In this document: positions 28,070 through 38,010 of the stretch, in pieces
Position numbering within the stretch: position 1 is the stretch's first letter
Layout of the letters: each line of letters opens with the position of its first letter
Source of the DNA: a virus
IMG/VR virus record: IMGVR_UViG_3300047445_000153
Location: 17,906-81,905 of that record
DNA: 64,000 nucleotides
Reading direction: 5' to 3' (one strand)
Translations under genes and position numbers: made by a program
The notes under the pieces: generated by a model
Database searches by the model: none
Told to the model about the DNA's origin: nothing
Seen by the model: only the letters and a program-made list of their open reading frames with translations

Positions 28070-28276
28070 CTAATCTTCCTCCCTGAACGCTGTGCGCCGC
28101 GCGTGATGGCTCACTTCGAACCAGCCGCCGCAGCGGTGTTTGAACTGCTCGCCTTTGAAGTCACCCGCTTCCAGCTCACCGAGCTGGTTGCAGTGCGGGC
28201 AGTACACGTAGATGTCATTGCTGTTGCTCTCACGGTGATACTCCTTCACCGTGAGGATTTCGTCGGTTACGCTCAT
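28070..28276 (-). CDS. Small zinc-ribbon-like protein
   Basis: CPHC and downstream HRC; abuts neighbours. Confidence 0.5.
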   Translation of the reverse strand: MSVTDEILTVKEYHRESNSNDIYVYCPHCNQLGELEAGDFKGEQFKHRCGGWFEVSHHARRTAFREED

Positions 28277-28587
28277 TTGTTCTCCGTCACGATGGTTTCG
28301 GTCTCGTCGCGGCGACAGTTCTTGCCGCAGTTGACCGTGTAGTTGCGATCAGTCGTGACCTTGGCGTTCGGGCAGCTGGTGAAGAAGTGATCCGTTCTAT
28401 CAACCCGGAAGGCGTAAACCTTGCAGCCGTCCGCTTCACGGATCACGTGCGGCGTAGCCTCGCGCTTTTCGTCAGCTCTGCGCTGGCGTTCGCTCTCCTG
28501 ATGCCACTCGGACTGGTCGCAGCGGTACAGGCCGAAGCCAACAAGACCGATCACCCCGATGGTGATAGTGAAGTCTTTCCAGCTCAT
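28273..28587 (-). CDS. Membrane-anchored hypothetical protein
   Basis: N-terminal hydrophobic segment; EADGCKVYAF. Confidence 0.6.
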   Translation of the reverse strand: MSWKDFTITIGVIGLVGFGLYRCDQSEWHQESERQRRADEKREATPHVIREADGCKVYAFRVDRTDHFFTSCPNAKVTTDRNYTVNCGKNCRRDETETIVTENK

Positions 28588-29156
28588 GCTGCCTCCGTGA
28601 CGTGTGGTTTGCGCTTACGCACCGTGCCAGACGGCGACATGTAAAGCTCGTCTTGCGCGGCGCGCAGCAGGTTGAACTTGCGGTGTGCGTGGTGCTCGAC
28701 ATCGACGCCCGCGACGTACTCCAGATCGCGCAGGCACAGCAGCACGTCGGCCGCTTCACCACCGACTTCCTTCGCGTCGTACTCCTCGGATACCTCGCTC
28801 GGGAACACGGTCTTGCCCGTCACGCGCGAAGCCTTCAACGCCTGATTGGCCAGCGAGTCGCCGACAACCAGATGGATTGCGCCGGGGTGCGCGCCCGTGG
28901 CCAGACACAGCTCGACACACTCTTCGAGCGCACGCATTGCGATGGCCTGGGGCGTGCGCCTCGGGACGTCGAACCGCGTGCCGATGAAGTCGACGAAGAG
29001 ACCGATGTCGTCCGGCCGCACTTGATACTTCTGGAGGAACGACTGGAGTTTGACGCGCGTCTCGCGAACGGCCTTGCACATCTCTCCGGTCTTGTTGGCC
29101 TTATCGGCGATGTGGTCGACCATCTCAAGGACTCGACCGATGGCTGCGGGTGTCAT
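28584..29156 (-). CDS. MazG-like nucleotide pyrophosphohydrolase
   Basis: RALEECVEL and EAADVLLCL acidic helices. Confidence 0.55.
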   Translation of the reverse strand: MTPAAIGRVLEMVDHIADKANKTGEMCKAVRETRVKLQSFLQKYQVRPDDIGLFVDFIGTRFDVPRRTPQAIAMRALEECVELCLATGAHPGAIHLVVGDSLANQALKASRVTGKTVFPSEVSEEYDAKEVGGEAADVLLCLRDLEYVAGVDVEHHAHRKFNLLRAAQDELYMSPSGTVRKRKPHVTEAA

Positions 29157-29263
29157 GCTTTCCTCACGAAATGTTTTTCAGACGGCAGACAACACTTCTG
29201 TCCGGCTTCGAGTTCCCGCGTGCACCACCAGCAACGGTGGTCGTAGCGACAGAGCTTCATGGT

Positions 29264-29455
29264 TCACTCCGGTCGGGTGAACTCGCGCTTGGGCCAGACA
29301 CGGATCACCGGCATGTGATTGCCGGTGGCGAGCGGTTCCAGTGGCTCGCGGGTGACTTCGAAGTTCACGCCATGCTTGTCTGCGTAGTCGACCAGATCAG
29401 CAATTGTCGAGATGATCACGCGCTCGACTGCCGGGTCAATAAGGACGTTCTTCAT
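29264..29455 (-). CDS. Hypothetical protein
   Basis: 63 aa ORF on operon strand. Confidence 0.55.
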   Translation of the reverse strand: MKNVLIDPAVERVIISTIADLVDYADKHGVNFEVTREPLEPLATGNHMPVIRVWPKREFTRPE

Positions 29456-29500
29456 AGGATGCCTAATGAAAAGTTGATCATCGGTATTATGTCTAGTCGC

Positions 29501-29791
29501 CTAGACCCCACCGAAGGACTCGTACGGGCTGACGGCCTCGCGTTGCAGGATCGGCCCGATGCGGTCTACTTCCAGCTGGCGAGCCCCACCGTACGGGAAG
29601 CACATCGCATCCCAGGCCTCCGGCAGCTGGGTGTAGTGCCGGACCTGCTCGGGCGCGCTGTACTTGATCCCGTCGCCGTAGGCGTCGTTGAAGATCTCGC
29701 GCTTCTCGCGCTCGGCGACCCGACGTGCATGCGCCTCGTTGTCGGCCTCTACCACGACTGGGATCGTGATGTTGAGTTTGAAGATCGGCAT
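29501..29791 (-). CDS. Hypothetical protein
   Basis: Start overlaps kinase stop. Confidence 0.6.
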   Translation of the reverse strand: MPIFKLNITIPVVVEADNEAHARRVAEREKREIFNDAYGDGIKYSAPEQVRHYTQLPEAWDAMCFPYGGARQLEVDRIGPILQREAVSPYESFGGV

Positions 29792-30390
29792 CAGTCGGCC
29801 TCCAACTCAAGCACCCGCTCCAAGAGGCAGTCAGCCTGATGGTGCAGACCCGCCAACTCGTTCTCACGATTGGTGATGATGAAGTCGTAGAGCCAGTCGT
29901 CGAGACCACCTTCGCTGCTGTGGTCGCGCACAGCAGGCGGCACCCCCGGTCGATTCACGCGCACGAAGGTGACATCCACGTCGCCCGCGAGCATCCGGCC
30001 ACCTTCACCTTCCGGGTAGCGCCAGTCGTCGATGACGTACACGCGCGAGGGGTCCGCCCGGTGGTCGATGCGGATGCGGGTCATGGTGATACTGGCCCAG
30101 AACTCCGGGTGGATCTCGCGGCCGATGTCCCCGATCGAGCGCATGAGCTGGCGCGGCGTGATGCCGTACAGCTCGCTGATCGGCAGGTTCTTCATCTCCG
30201 GATCTTCCACGATGATCGCGGCATGCTCCGGTCGTACACCGGCTTCGATCAGCAGCTGTACGACGAGCGCCTTGATCGGGCCAGCGAAGCGGTGACGCCG
30301 CACACCGTGCGTGCGCTCCAGATACTTCGCGACGGTCGTCTTGCCGTGGTGCATGTCGCCTGCGAGGGCGATGATTCGTGGCTTGCTCAT
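29791..30390 (-). CDS. Deoxynucleoside monophosphate kinase
   Basis: IIALAG...GKTT, FAGPIK, TPRQLM..IG, DDWRY, HSSE. Confidence 0.85.
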   Translation of the reverse strand: MSKPRIIALAGDMHHGKTTVAKYLERTHGVRRHRFAGPIKALVVQLLIEAGVRPEHAAIIVEDPEMKNLPISELYGITPRQLMRSIGDIGREIHPEFWASITMTRIRIDHRADPSRVYVIDDWRYPEGEGGRMLAGDVDVTFVRVNRPGVPPAVRDHSSEGGLDDWLYDFIITNRENELAGLHHQADCLLERVLELEAD

Positions 30391-31370
30391 CGCAGGTCCT
30401 CCACGAACACGCGCTCGAACGGGCGCTCCAGATGGGCGTGGTCCATCATCACGCGCAGGCCGTTCAGCTGTGCCCCGGTCAACGGCGTGTTGGCCATCTT
30501 GTCGGTCTCGGCCAGCGTCATCGAACGACGCAGGCGCGGCGGTGTCGGCAGGCCCTTGAGGGAGATCTCGACGTCCTTGCGGTGCTGGTGCCAGCCGCGC
30601 AGATTGCCGGACGTCGCGGTCGACGTCAGCATCGGCGTGGCCTGATGTTCAGTGGGTGATGCATGGATGGGATGTGATCCGACGAGCTTGCTGTAGCGAT
30701 CCCGCTCCTTTTCCTGCGAGGGGTTGCCGTCGAATGGTTCATAGCTGATACGCGCGCAGCGTGCAGCCGAAAACTGGAGCTGGTCGTTGAGCGACAGCTT
30801 GCGGCGCTCTTCGGTGAGAACATACGGGAGATGCCACTCGTTGTAGCGGAGCAGCTTCGGCACGCTGGTCTCGATCGCGGTCATGATCTCGATCGCGAGG
30901 TCGCGCATCGTCGGATCCGCGTCGGGATGGCAGCGCAGCATGTCGAAGTTGTCCCAGTCCGTCGCCGTGATCAACACGTCGAGGTACTGGTACGGCTCGG
31001 TCACGCGGTTGGCGATTTGCTTGTGTGCGCCGAGCATCATCAGCCCCCAGCTGTGCAGAGCCGCAAACAGCGACGCTGACTTCCAGATGGCCTTGGCCCC
31101 CTTCAACCGCCAGCCGGTGAGCTGTGCGCCCGCCTGCATACCTGGCTTGTTGGTGCCCCACTCCGTGGGACAGGCAGGGTCGAAGATGACTTGATCAAGC
31201 ATCTTGCTGATCGGCTTGGCACGCGAGGAGCCCGAGTTCTGAGAGAACGCTCGATGTCGGAGCAGTTCCGCCGCGACGATGCGCGGGAAGCGGACTTTCA
31301 CAGTGGTGATACGGACGCCATGCTGTGCGATGGAGTCCTCGATTACTTCGGCCAGAATTGTTGGTTTCAT
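30387..31370 (-). CDS. thyX: Flavin-dependent thymidylate synthase
   Basis: AELLRHRAFSQNSGSSRA ThyX motif, HKQIANR, HASPTEHQATP. Confidence 0.88.
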   Translation of the reverse strand: MKPTILAEVIEDSIAQHGVRITTVKVRFPRIVAAELLRHRAFSQNSGSSRAKPISKMLDQVIFDPACPTEWGTNKPGMQAGAQLTGWRLKGAKAIWKSASLFAALHSWGLMMLGAHKQIANRVTEPYQYLDVLITATDWDNFDMLRCHPDADPTMRDLAIEIMTAIETSVPKLLRYNEWHLPYVLTEERRKLSLNDQLQFSAARCARISYEPFDGNPSQEKERDRYSKLVGSHPIHASPTEHQATPMLTSTATSGNLRGWHQHRKDVEISLKGLPTPPRLRRSMTLAETDKMANTPLTGAQLNGLRVMMDHAHLERPFERVFVEDLR

Positions 31371-31424
31371 TGTTCGATTCAGGAGCGGTGGTGGACGCCC
31401 CTTTGCCTGTTAAAAGTTTTGTTT

Positions 31425-32003
31425 TTAGGAGTTACGTGCGTCGAGCCCGCCCTTGTCTGCCCGTGCTTCAGCAGCGACATTCGAATACTTGTCGGGGAAA
31501 CGCTCTTGAAGCTTCGCGATGTTCTCCGCCATGAGATCTTCGATCGTGAAAGCTTGCAAGGCATCGCAGGCATGAGTCACTGCGGCAACGATGTTGATCA
31601 GGCTGCGCATGACGAACTCCCGGCTGGCAGGGCTGTCAAGCAGAGGAGCCTGGAAGGCAATGAAGCCGATTTCCATCGCGATGCGGCACGCGATCATGTT
31701 CAACTGCGTGGCCGTGCCGAAGCGCGAGAAGTCTTCGAACAGGCCCTGACCTGTCGGGACGTCGCAGTCGATCGCGTCAGCTGCGATGGCCACGTACCAG
31801 AGGAGATCTCCAAGCTCCTCGCGCATGTGACCGATGAACTCAACCGACAACGGCTTTTCATAGATCGCGATGCGTTTGACTACGGTTGTGAATTCGCCGT
31901 TCTCGGTGGCCAGACCAAGGATGGCGTGATTGAGACGCAGGTGAGTCGTAGCTAACGGCTTCTCGGTGCGTAGTGCCAAAGGCTTGTATTGCTGAAAGTT
32001 CAT
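31425..32003 (-). CDS. MazG-like NTP pyrophosphohydrolase
   Basis: LGLATENGE, EELGDLLWYVA, NIAKLQERFP. Confidence 0.82.
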   Translation of the reverse strand: MNFQQYKPLALRTEKPLATTHLRLNHAILGLATENGEFTTVVKRIAIYEKPLSVEFIGHMREELGDLLWYVAIAADAIDCDVPTGQGLFEDFSRFGTATQLNMIACRIAMEIGFIAFQAPLLDSPASREFVMRSLINIVAAVTHACDALQAFTIEDLMAENIAKLQERFPDKYSNVAAEARADKGGLDARNS

Positions 32004-32024
32004 AGTCGTTGTGGTGGTGATCGG

Positions 32025-32375
32025 TTAATAAGTTTCAGGCGGTGCTGTGAACCACAGACGGCGCCTTTCTGTTGCTACCGCAGGCAGTGCGTACTGAATC
32101 AGGAACCCCTCCTGATCCTTCTTCTGCATCAGCGTTACCAACCCCTCGTCATGTTTGATGCGAGCAACAAACAAGGTATGGAGATCCCGCTGATTCCATC
32201 TGTACTCACCCGGTTGCCTACGGGCGATGATGAATCGATACAGCTGCGGGTCTCCCCAGTTGGAGAGATCAAGCTCCTTCATCTCTTCAACTACGCGCTC
32301 CACGGTGGTGGCGAGGAGCGCAGCGATATACGGGGGCGTACAGTTTTGATCCAACAGCGTCTTGATGTTTTCCAT
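32025..32375 (-). CDS. Hypothetical protein
   Basis: AAGGGG RBS; 116 aa. Confidence 0.6.
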   Translation of the reverse strand: MENIKTLLDQNCTPPYIAALLATTVERVVEEMKELDLSNWGDPQLYRFIIARRQPGEYRWNQRDLHTLFVARIKHDEGLVTLMQKKDQEGFLIQYALPAVATERRRLWFTAPPETY

Positions 32376-32387
32376 GATCCCCTTATT

Positions 32388-34415
32388 TCATGCGGCTTCC
32401 TTGAGAGGTAGCGTGAAAACGTGATCAGCGATCGGGCGCTTGTGCGTCACCACGATGACCTGCTTGATCGTCTCCTTCAACCGCTGGAGACATTCCGCCG
32501 TATAACGTGCGCGTTCCTCGTCCATGCTTTCATCAAATTCATCCGCCATGAACACGGAAAACACACCATTGGTCAGCACTTGGCCCAGCCCGATTCGCAA
32601 CGCGAGATTGGCGACTGCCTTGCCCGACCCAGACAACGTTTGAACCTGCTGACCGTCGACCGTGATATTGAATTCGTCGTCGACGATGATCGAGCTGCGT
32701 GCGCCGCCCGTCATCTGGTTCAGCAGCAGGCTCGCCACCTTGTTCAACGACGGGATCAGGAACGACTTGATCACCGTCTTGGCTTCGACGATGGCCGCTT
32801 TGGCCTTCGTGTAATCCTCAGCCTGTGCGAGCAGGCCGTCCAGCTTTTCTTTATCCACCGCGTAGGTCGCAGCAGAAGCCTCGTACGCGGCTTGCGCCTG
32901 CTCGTAGGCACGCGAGGTCACGAGCTTGCCTTCCAGCCCCTTCAGCTGCCCTTCCACGGGCTCCAGCTCGGCGATGCGCGCTTCGCGCTCGGCCAGCTTG
33001 TCGAAGAACTGCTTGTACGCCAGCATCTGCGCGCCGTGGGCCAGCATCGCGCCTTCGTACTTCTGGCGTGCAGCGATCTTCGCCGACTGGTCCGGGTTCG
33101 TCTTCAGCAGCTCATCGAGCTGGACGATCTGCTTGGCGTTCGCGTCGAACTCGTCCTGCTTCGCGTCGATCTCCTTCACCTTTTCTTTGAGCTTGGCTTG
33201 CAGCTCGGTATGCTCGTCCGCGAGCCGGTGATTCAGCTGCTCAATAGACAGTTCGAGGTCCGTCTTGCGCTGGATGTTGCCTTGCAGCGAGCGCTGGGCG
33301 TTCAGGTAGCCGCCTGAGAACTCCGATGCTGGCGTCTCGACCACGTCGGCGTAGGCGTCAAGCGCGTGGCTCGCGAGCGGCCACTGGTGGGCGCACGCGG
33401 GGCACGTGTGGTTACCCTGCCCCAGCAGCTTCTGCTTCGCTGACCAGCGGTTGTGCATCTCCTGCTGCGCGAAGGCCGCGTCGATCTCCTCGGTGGTCAT
33501 CGTCGGCATCACCAGAGCAGCGAGATCCTGCTTCGCGCGCGCCAGCTCCTTCGCCGTCCGCGACTCCCCGTTCATCTCGCCGTGGATCCTCAGCAGCTCA
33601 CATTCGAGCGCCGTCCGCTGGCGCATGATCGTCGAGGCGTTGGTGTCGGCCAGCTTGCGTGCGTCCAGCAGGCCCGTACGCACGCCCTGGAGGCCTTGCA
33701 GCGTCTCGATGGTCTCTGTGACCTCGCACGTCGGCGCGACCGGCTCAGCGGGCTTGTGAGCGACCATGCCACGCAGCTGGTTCAGTTCCGTGGCGAAGGC
33801 GACGGCAAGGGCGCGGCACTGTTCCAGCGTCGTGCTGCTTTCGTAGTCGGCCGGCGCTTCAGGCTGCACCGGCTCGCGCAGCACGCTCGCGATGCCCTCC
33901 GCTTGGCGGCGGAACGTGAGCGCAGTCTCGCCCGCGTCCTTGGCCAGCTCATCGAGCACGTTCAGGCCGATCGTCTGGTCGACGATCTTCTTGCGCTCAG
34001 TCGGCTTCGCGTCCGACAGCTTCTCGATCTGGCCTTGCAGGCAGGCGTTCGCCATCGTGAACACGTCGAAGTCGTAGCCGAAGATCTCCTTCATCTTGGC
34101 GTTCACCGGCTTCGTGCCGACCGCGACGTCCTCAACGTCCTCGTCGGTCAAACGTCGGAGCTTGGCGTTCTTGATCGTGCGCGTCACGCGGTACTGCACG
34201 CCCTTGACCATGAAGTCGAGGCTCACTTCGAGCTTCTTGTAGTCCTCGGCCGCGCCACGCAGCGCGACGGTACCCCACAGCGCGAACAGGATCATCTCCA
34301 GCGTGACGCTCTTGCCGGACTCGTTCTTGCCCGTGATGGCGGTCTGCCCATTCTGAAAATGGAAGATCGAGTTCGGATGACGGTAACCGTTCGTGATTCG
34401 CAGTTGTTGGAGCAT
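32388..34415 (-). CDS. SbcC/Rad50-like SMC ATPase
   Basis: GKNESGKS, coiled coil with CPAC hook, LSGS signature, MADE Walker B, VVTH. Confidence 0.9.
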   Translation of the reverse strand: MLQQLRITNGYRHPNSIFHFQNGQTAITGKNESGKSVTLEMILFALWGTVALRGAAEDYKKLEVSLDFMVKGVQYRVTRTIKNAKLRRLTDEDVEDVAVGTKPVNAKMKEIFGYDFDVFTMANACLQGQIEKLSDAKPTERKKIVDQTIGLNVLDELAKDAGETALTFRRQAEGIASVLREPVQPEAPADYESSTTLEQCRALAVAFATELNQLRGMVAHKPAEPVAPTCEVTETIETLQGLQGVRTGLLDARKLADTNASTIMRQRTALECELLRIHGEMNGESRTAKELARAKQDLAALVMPTMTTEEIDAAFAQQEMHNRWSAKQKLLGQGNHTCPACAHQWPLASHALDAYADVVETPASEFSGGYLNAQRSLQGNIQRKTDLELSIEQLNHRLADEHTELQAKLKEKVKEIDAKQDEFDANAKQIVQLDELLKTNPDQSAKIAARQKYEGAMLAHGAQMLAYKQFFDKLAEREARIAELEPVEGQLKGLEGKLVTSRAYEQAQAAYEASAATYAVDKEKLDGLLAQAEDYTKAKAAIVEAKTVIKSFLIPSLNKVASLLLNQMTGGARSSIIVDDEFNITVDGQQVQTLSGSGKAVANLALRIGLGQVLTNGVFSVFMADEFDESMDEERARYTAECLQRLKETIKQVIVVTHKRPIADHVFTLPLKEAA

Positions 34416-34427
34416 GATGTTCCCCGG

Positions 34428-35432
34428 TTAAGCGTTACGTTTTTCGAGATACTTCGCGAGGAAGTCGCTGGATACATCAGCGCTCACCCCATGCTTCGTG
34501 AAGCAGCGGCCCAGGATGTCCTGCATGTCGAAGCTCTCGACCTGCATGGTGATGTCGACGAACTCCTCGCCGTTATCAGCGATAGGCTTCGTCGTGACCG
34601 ACCACGCATCGATCGGGAAGTCGATCTGTTCACCCGGCTTGAGCAGCACGCGCACGGCCATGTCATGGAAGAGAGTCGGGTCGGACATGAGCGCCGTCTT
34701 CACGTCTTCGAGGCTCATGGTCACGTACATCGACTCGTCGGGATCTTCACCGTGGCTATACGGTTGCATCGAGCCGGGGAACACCACGCGGATGCCGTTG
34801 ATCTCTTCGTCGAACGGACGGTGATCATGGCCGCTGACCACCAGCTTCGTGAACGGGCGCAGCTCGAACAGGGGGATCGCGTTGTGCGGCGACTCCTCGA
34901 ACGTCACGCGGTCCCAGTGGCCGACGACGAGGTCGTACTCGCGGTAGTCTGCGCCCCCGCCCAGATTGCGCGCCATCTCCTTCGAGTTGATGAAGGGATG
35001 CCACGGTACGATGCCCAGACGAAAGATGCCGTGTTCGAGGATTTCGACTTGGTCCTTCACGACGATCACGCCGCTGTCTTTCAGCAGCTCGTACAGCAGA
35101 TCGAAGGAGCTTGCTTTGTCCGCGTCGCGGGAGGCGTCATGGTTGCCGCGCAGGAGCACGAACCACGTCTTCGGGTTCTGCTTGACCGCATGCCGGTACT
35201 GGTCAGCAACACGCAGCACGTACTCGGGCGCGACCACGTACTGATCGAAGATGTCGCCCAGGCAGATATTGACATCGAGGTCGGGTGTCGCCAGCTCGCA
35301 CACGAACTGATTGAAGACTGAAGCTTCACGCTCCCCTTGCCGTTCAAGCGGGACACCCGTCTTAAACGAACGGCCAAGGTGCACGTCTCCAATAAAGCCA
35401 ACGCGGGCGTTGGCAATTTCCATGACCTTCAT
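34428..35432 (-). CDS. SbcD/Mre11-like metallophosphoesterase nuclease
   Basis: GDVHLG, GDIFD, GNHD, SGHDH, FPGS. Confidence 0.9.
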   Translation of the reverse strand: MKVMEIANARVGFIGDVHLGRSFKTGVPLERQGEREASVFNQFVCELATPDLDVNICLGDIFDQYVVAPEYVLRVADQYRHAVKQNPKTWFVLLRGNHDASRDADKASSFDLLYELLKDSGVIVVKDQVEILEHGIFRLGIVPWHPFINSKEMARNLGGGADYREYDLVVGHWDRVTFEESPHNAIPLFELRPFTKLVVSGHDHRPFDEEINGIRVVFPGSMQPYSHGEDPDESMYVTMSLEDVKTALMSDPTLFHDMAVRVLLKPGEQIDFPIDAWSVTTKPIADNGEEFVDITMQVESFDMQDILGRCFTKHGVSADVSSDFLAKYLEKRNA

Positions 35433-35442
35433 GATTTACCCC

Positions 35443-35535
35443 TTAATGGGTCAGTGTGTATCCGAAAAGGAAGACCACCCCGGTGGTGAACAGCGAGGCG
35501 GTTACTACCTGGACCAGCTTGAGGAGCTGGTCCAC
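35443..35535 (-). CDS. Putative 30-aa membrane peptide
   Basis: GTG-start MDQLLKLVQVVTASLFTTGVVFLFGYTLTH fills the intergenic gap. Confidence 0.35.
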   Translation of the reverse strand: MDQLLKLVQVVTASLFTTGVVFLFGYTLTH

Positions 35536-35545
35536 TTTGTTGATT

Positions 35546-36154
35546 TCAGCTTGGGACATCGACAACTTGACCGGCAACAGAGAGGGAGGGATGCTTCGTG
35601 GAATGCTCGCGCACCGCGTAGATCACCTTCAACTGATGGAACACGTCGAACAGCGCGCTGTGTGCATCGCCGACGAACGGGATCTCGCGCTCGAACGCGG
35701 GCGGCTCCTGCGGCCAGTAGCGGCCACGGATCCACGAGTTCATGTCGTTGGTGTAGCGAAAGTGGAACGGGTTCGCGACCTCGAACTGGCGGAAGTAGCT
35801 TTCGAGGAACGGGAACTCGAAGTGAGAGGGCTTGGCCCACAGACGCAGCGTGTCGTTGTACGGGTCGGTCCCCACCTTGCACCACGTCACGAAGTCTTCG
35901 AGCACCTTCTTCGGTTGCTCGGAACGCTGCATGATGCTGGTCAGGATGTGACGCTTGTCCTTCAGCCACCACGCGCGTGTGTCTTCGTCGAAGTAGCGCT
36001 TCGGGGGGATCATCAGGCAACGGTCGAACGTCTCGGGCATGATCTCACCCGAGGCGAAGTCGAAGCGCACTGCTGCGATTTGGATGATCGCCGACGAACC
36101 GGGTTCGGTACCCGTCGTTTCGAGGTCGACCATTACGTCAAGATACTTTGTCAT
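35546..36154 (-). CDS. DEDDh 3'-5' exonuclease
   Basis: VMVDLETTG, IIQIAAV, HSALFD. Confidence 0.85.
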   Translation of the reverse strand: MTKYLDVMVDLETTGTEPGSSAIIQIAAVRFDFASGEIMPETFDRCLMIPPKRYFDEDTRAWWLKDKRHILTSIMQRSEQPKKVLEDFVTWCKVGTDPYNDTLRLWAKPSHFEFPFLESYFRQFEVANPFHFRYTNDMNSWIRGRYWPQEPPAFEREIPFVGDAHSALFDVFHQLKVIYAVREHSTKHPSLSVAGQVVDVPS

Positions 36155-36602
36155 TACTTTGGCCAGATAGAAGAAGTGCGAATCGTGGATGATTCGAGAA
36201 TAGGTGGTGGGCTATCTCGGACCACTTCACCGACATTGCATCATGGTCGATGAGAAACGCTGCGTTGATCACATACCACTCGCCGGTTGATTCCCGACGA
36301 ATGATGAATAGGTACTGCCCGCCAGCTGTGATAGCTTTGCGCGCGGCACGCCATTGGTTTTTGGAGATCATGCTGAGGCGAAACGACGGCTCGTGAGCCG
36401 TGCTCTTCACTTCAGCGTAGAACATCATCCCGTCCCACGTCACGACGAAGTCGGCGGGCTGGGCGTCCTTGATTGATTTCTTGAGACCAGTTGCTCCGCG
36501 CACGTAGGCGGTATCGGTCAGGCGCTCGACAGCCGCGCGCTTCCCGAATGGCGCAAAGAACGAGACGAACTCATCCTCCGCGTCTTTCCAGACGTGCTTC
36601 AT
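36138..36602 (-). CDS. PD-(D/E)XK nuclease, probable Holliday junction resolvase
   Basis: PADFVV...YAEVKST. Confidence 0.7.
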   Translation of the reverse strand: MKHVWKDAEDEFVSFFAPFGKRAAVERLTDTAYVRGATGLKKSIKDAQPADFVVTWDGMMFYAEVKSTAHEPSFRLSMISKNQWRAARKAITAGGQYLFIIRRESTGEWYVINAAFLIDHDAMSVKWSEIAHHLFSNHPRFALLLSGQSNDKVS

Positions 36603-36687
36603 TTTTCTTTGACTTTTACCAGTGGTGGTGGTGTCTGAGGATTATAAACAAGATGCAAGCTTTAAGGATCAATGTTGTAAAAAAGTT

Positions 36688-38010
36688 TTACACGACCTTG
36701 TCAGTCCTGAATCTCGTATATACGGGATTGCGCAGTGCGCCACCCGAGGTTACCTCCATGTACTCACACTCCAGCACCCAGCCAAGCATCTCCTCGCGCT
36801 CGGCCCAGAACTTGGCACGCTCCTCGGGCGTGAAGCCGCCGCCGACGTTGGTTCGGAAAGGCATGCCGTCTTCGAGCTTGCCCTCGATAGTGAAGCCACC
36901 AAGCACGTGCTCGAAAGCCCCCTTCTTCTTGCCGTTGTAGTAGGCGACGATCTTGCCCTCGGCCGTGTGCAGCGGCTTGCCCTTCAACCAGAACGGGGAG
37001 CGGCCCCAGACGTACGGCGCGTCGAGCTGCTTGAGCATGAAGCCTTCGAAGCCCTGCGCGACGGCGGTGTTGAAGAAGGCGTTGACTTCCTCGCGGCTGT
37101 GGACCACTTCCTTGTAGCTCGGGTACAGCTTGCCGTGCCAATCCACACCATACTCGACCTCCGTCGAGCAGACCTTCGCCAGCGCCGCGTCGAGCTGCGC
37201 ACTGCGCTCCTGCTGCGGGCGCAGACAGACCTGCTGGTCCCACTCCGTGCGGGTGAGCCAGTCGTACGCATAGAAGCGCACAGCTGACCGATCCGCGCCC
37301 TCCTTCTTGGCCTCCATCGTCGCCGTCCACGAAGGGTGCTTCTTGCTCGGGTCGATGATGTGGATCATCGCTTCGCCGTCCAGCACCATCGGCTGGTCGC
37401 CGACCAGCTCCTGACGCAGTGCCTGCATCTCGCCGTCGAAGAGCCCACCGAGCCAGTACGTCTGGTCCAGGCCGTCGCGCGAGTAGCCGACCACCGGCCG
37501 GTCGGGGGTGATGAAGAACGTGACCCGCTGGCCATCCATCTTGAACTCGATCTGCGCCGGGAACGCCGGGTCGTGGTCGCCGTACTTCTCTGCCAGCATC
37601 ACGTCGAACACCGGGATCAGGCCGGGGAAGACCTTGTTGATCTCCTTCGCGCCGATGCCGATGCGCAAGTTCTTGCGGAGCACAGCCGCGAGGTTGTCGG
37701 CGGTCTCGACGGTGTACTGCGCCAGTGTGCAGCGGATCGCATCCTTCGCGGCATTGCCAGTCAGGCTCCGGGTCGACAGGCTAAGAAGCAGCTGGATGAA
37801 CTCCTCACCGTTGTCGACGTCTTCGACGCGGGCCGTCAGCGGCATCTCGAAGTCCTTCACGCCGTACGTCACGAACGGGCTCAACGCCGCGACCAGCATC
37901 GTCTTGGCGAACTCGTTCGGATCGGCGCCGAGCTTGGTCAAAGCTTCCGTCTTCGCGGTCTTGCTAGTGGTGGCCTTGCACTCGGCCATCAGTCGGTTGA
38001 AGCGTCTCAT
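36688..38010 (-). CDS. ATP-dependent DNA ligase
   Basis: EFKMDGQR, LDGE, EGFMLK, WLKGK, NVGGGF, LRNP. Confidence 0.92.
   Translation of the reverse strand: MRRFNRLMAECKATTSKTAKTEALTKLGADPNEFAKTMLVAALSPFVTYGVKDFEMPLTARVEDVDNGEEFIQLLLSLSTRSLTGNAAKDAIRCTLAQYTVETADNLAAVLRKNLRIGIGAKEINKVFPGLIPVFDVMLAEKYGDHDPAFPAQIEFKMDGQRVTFFITPDRPVVGYSRDGLDQTYWLGGLFDGEMQALRQELVGDQPMVLDGEAMIHIIDPSKKHPSWTATMEAKKEGADRSAVRFYAYDWLTRTEWDQQVCLRPQQERSAQLDAALAKVCSTEVEYGVDWHGKLYPSYKEVVHSREEVNAFFNTAVAQGFEGFMLKQLDAPYVWGRSPFWLKGKPLHTAEGKIVAYYNGKKKGAFEHVLGGFTIEGKLEDGMPFRTNVGGGFTPEERAKFWAEREEMLGWVLECEYMEVTSGGALRNPVYTRFRTDKVV

Noticed and set aside
29491-29506. GTCTAG-TCGC-CTAGAC palindrome as a member of the 43402/50829 box family
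   Set aside because: Different spacer and flanks, and a single occurrence
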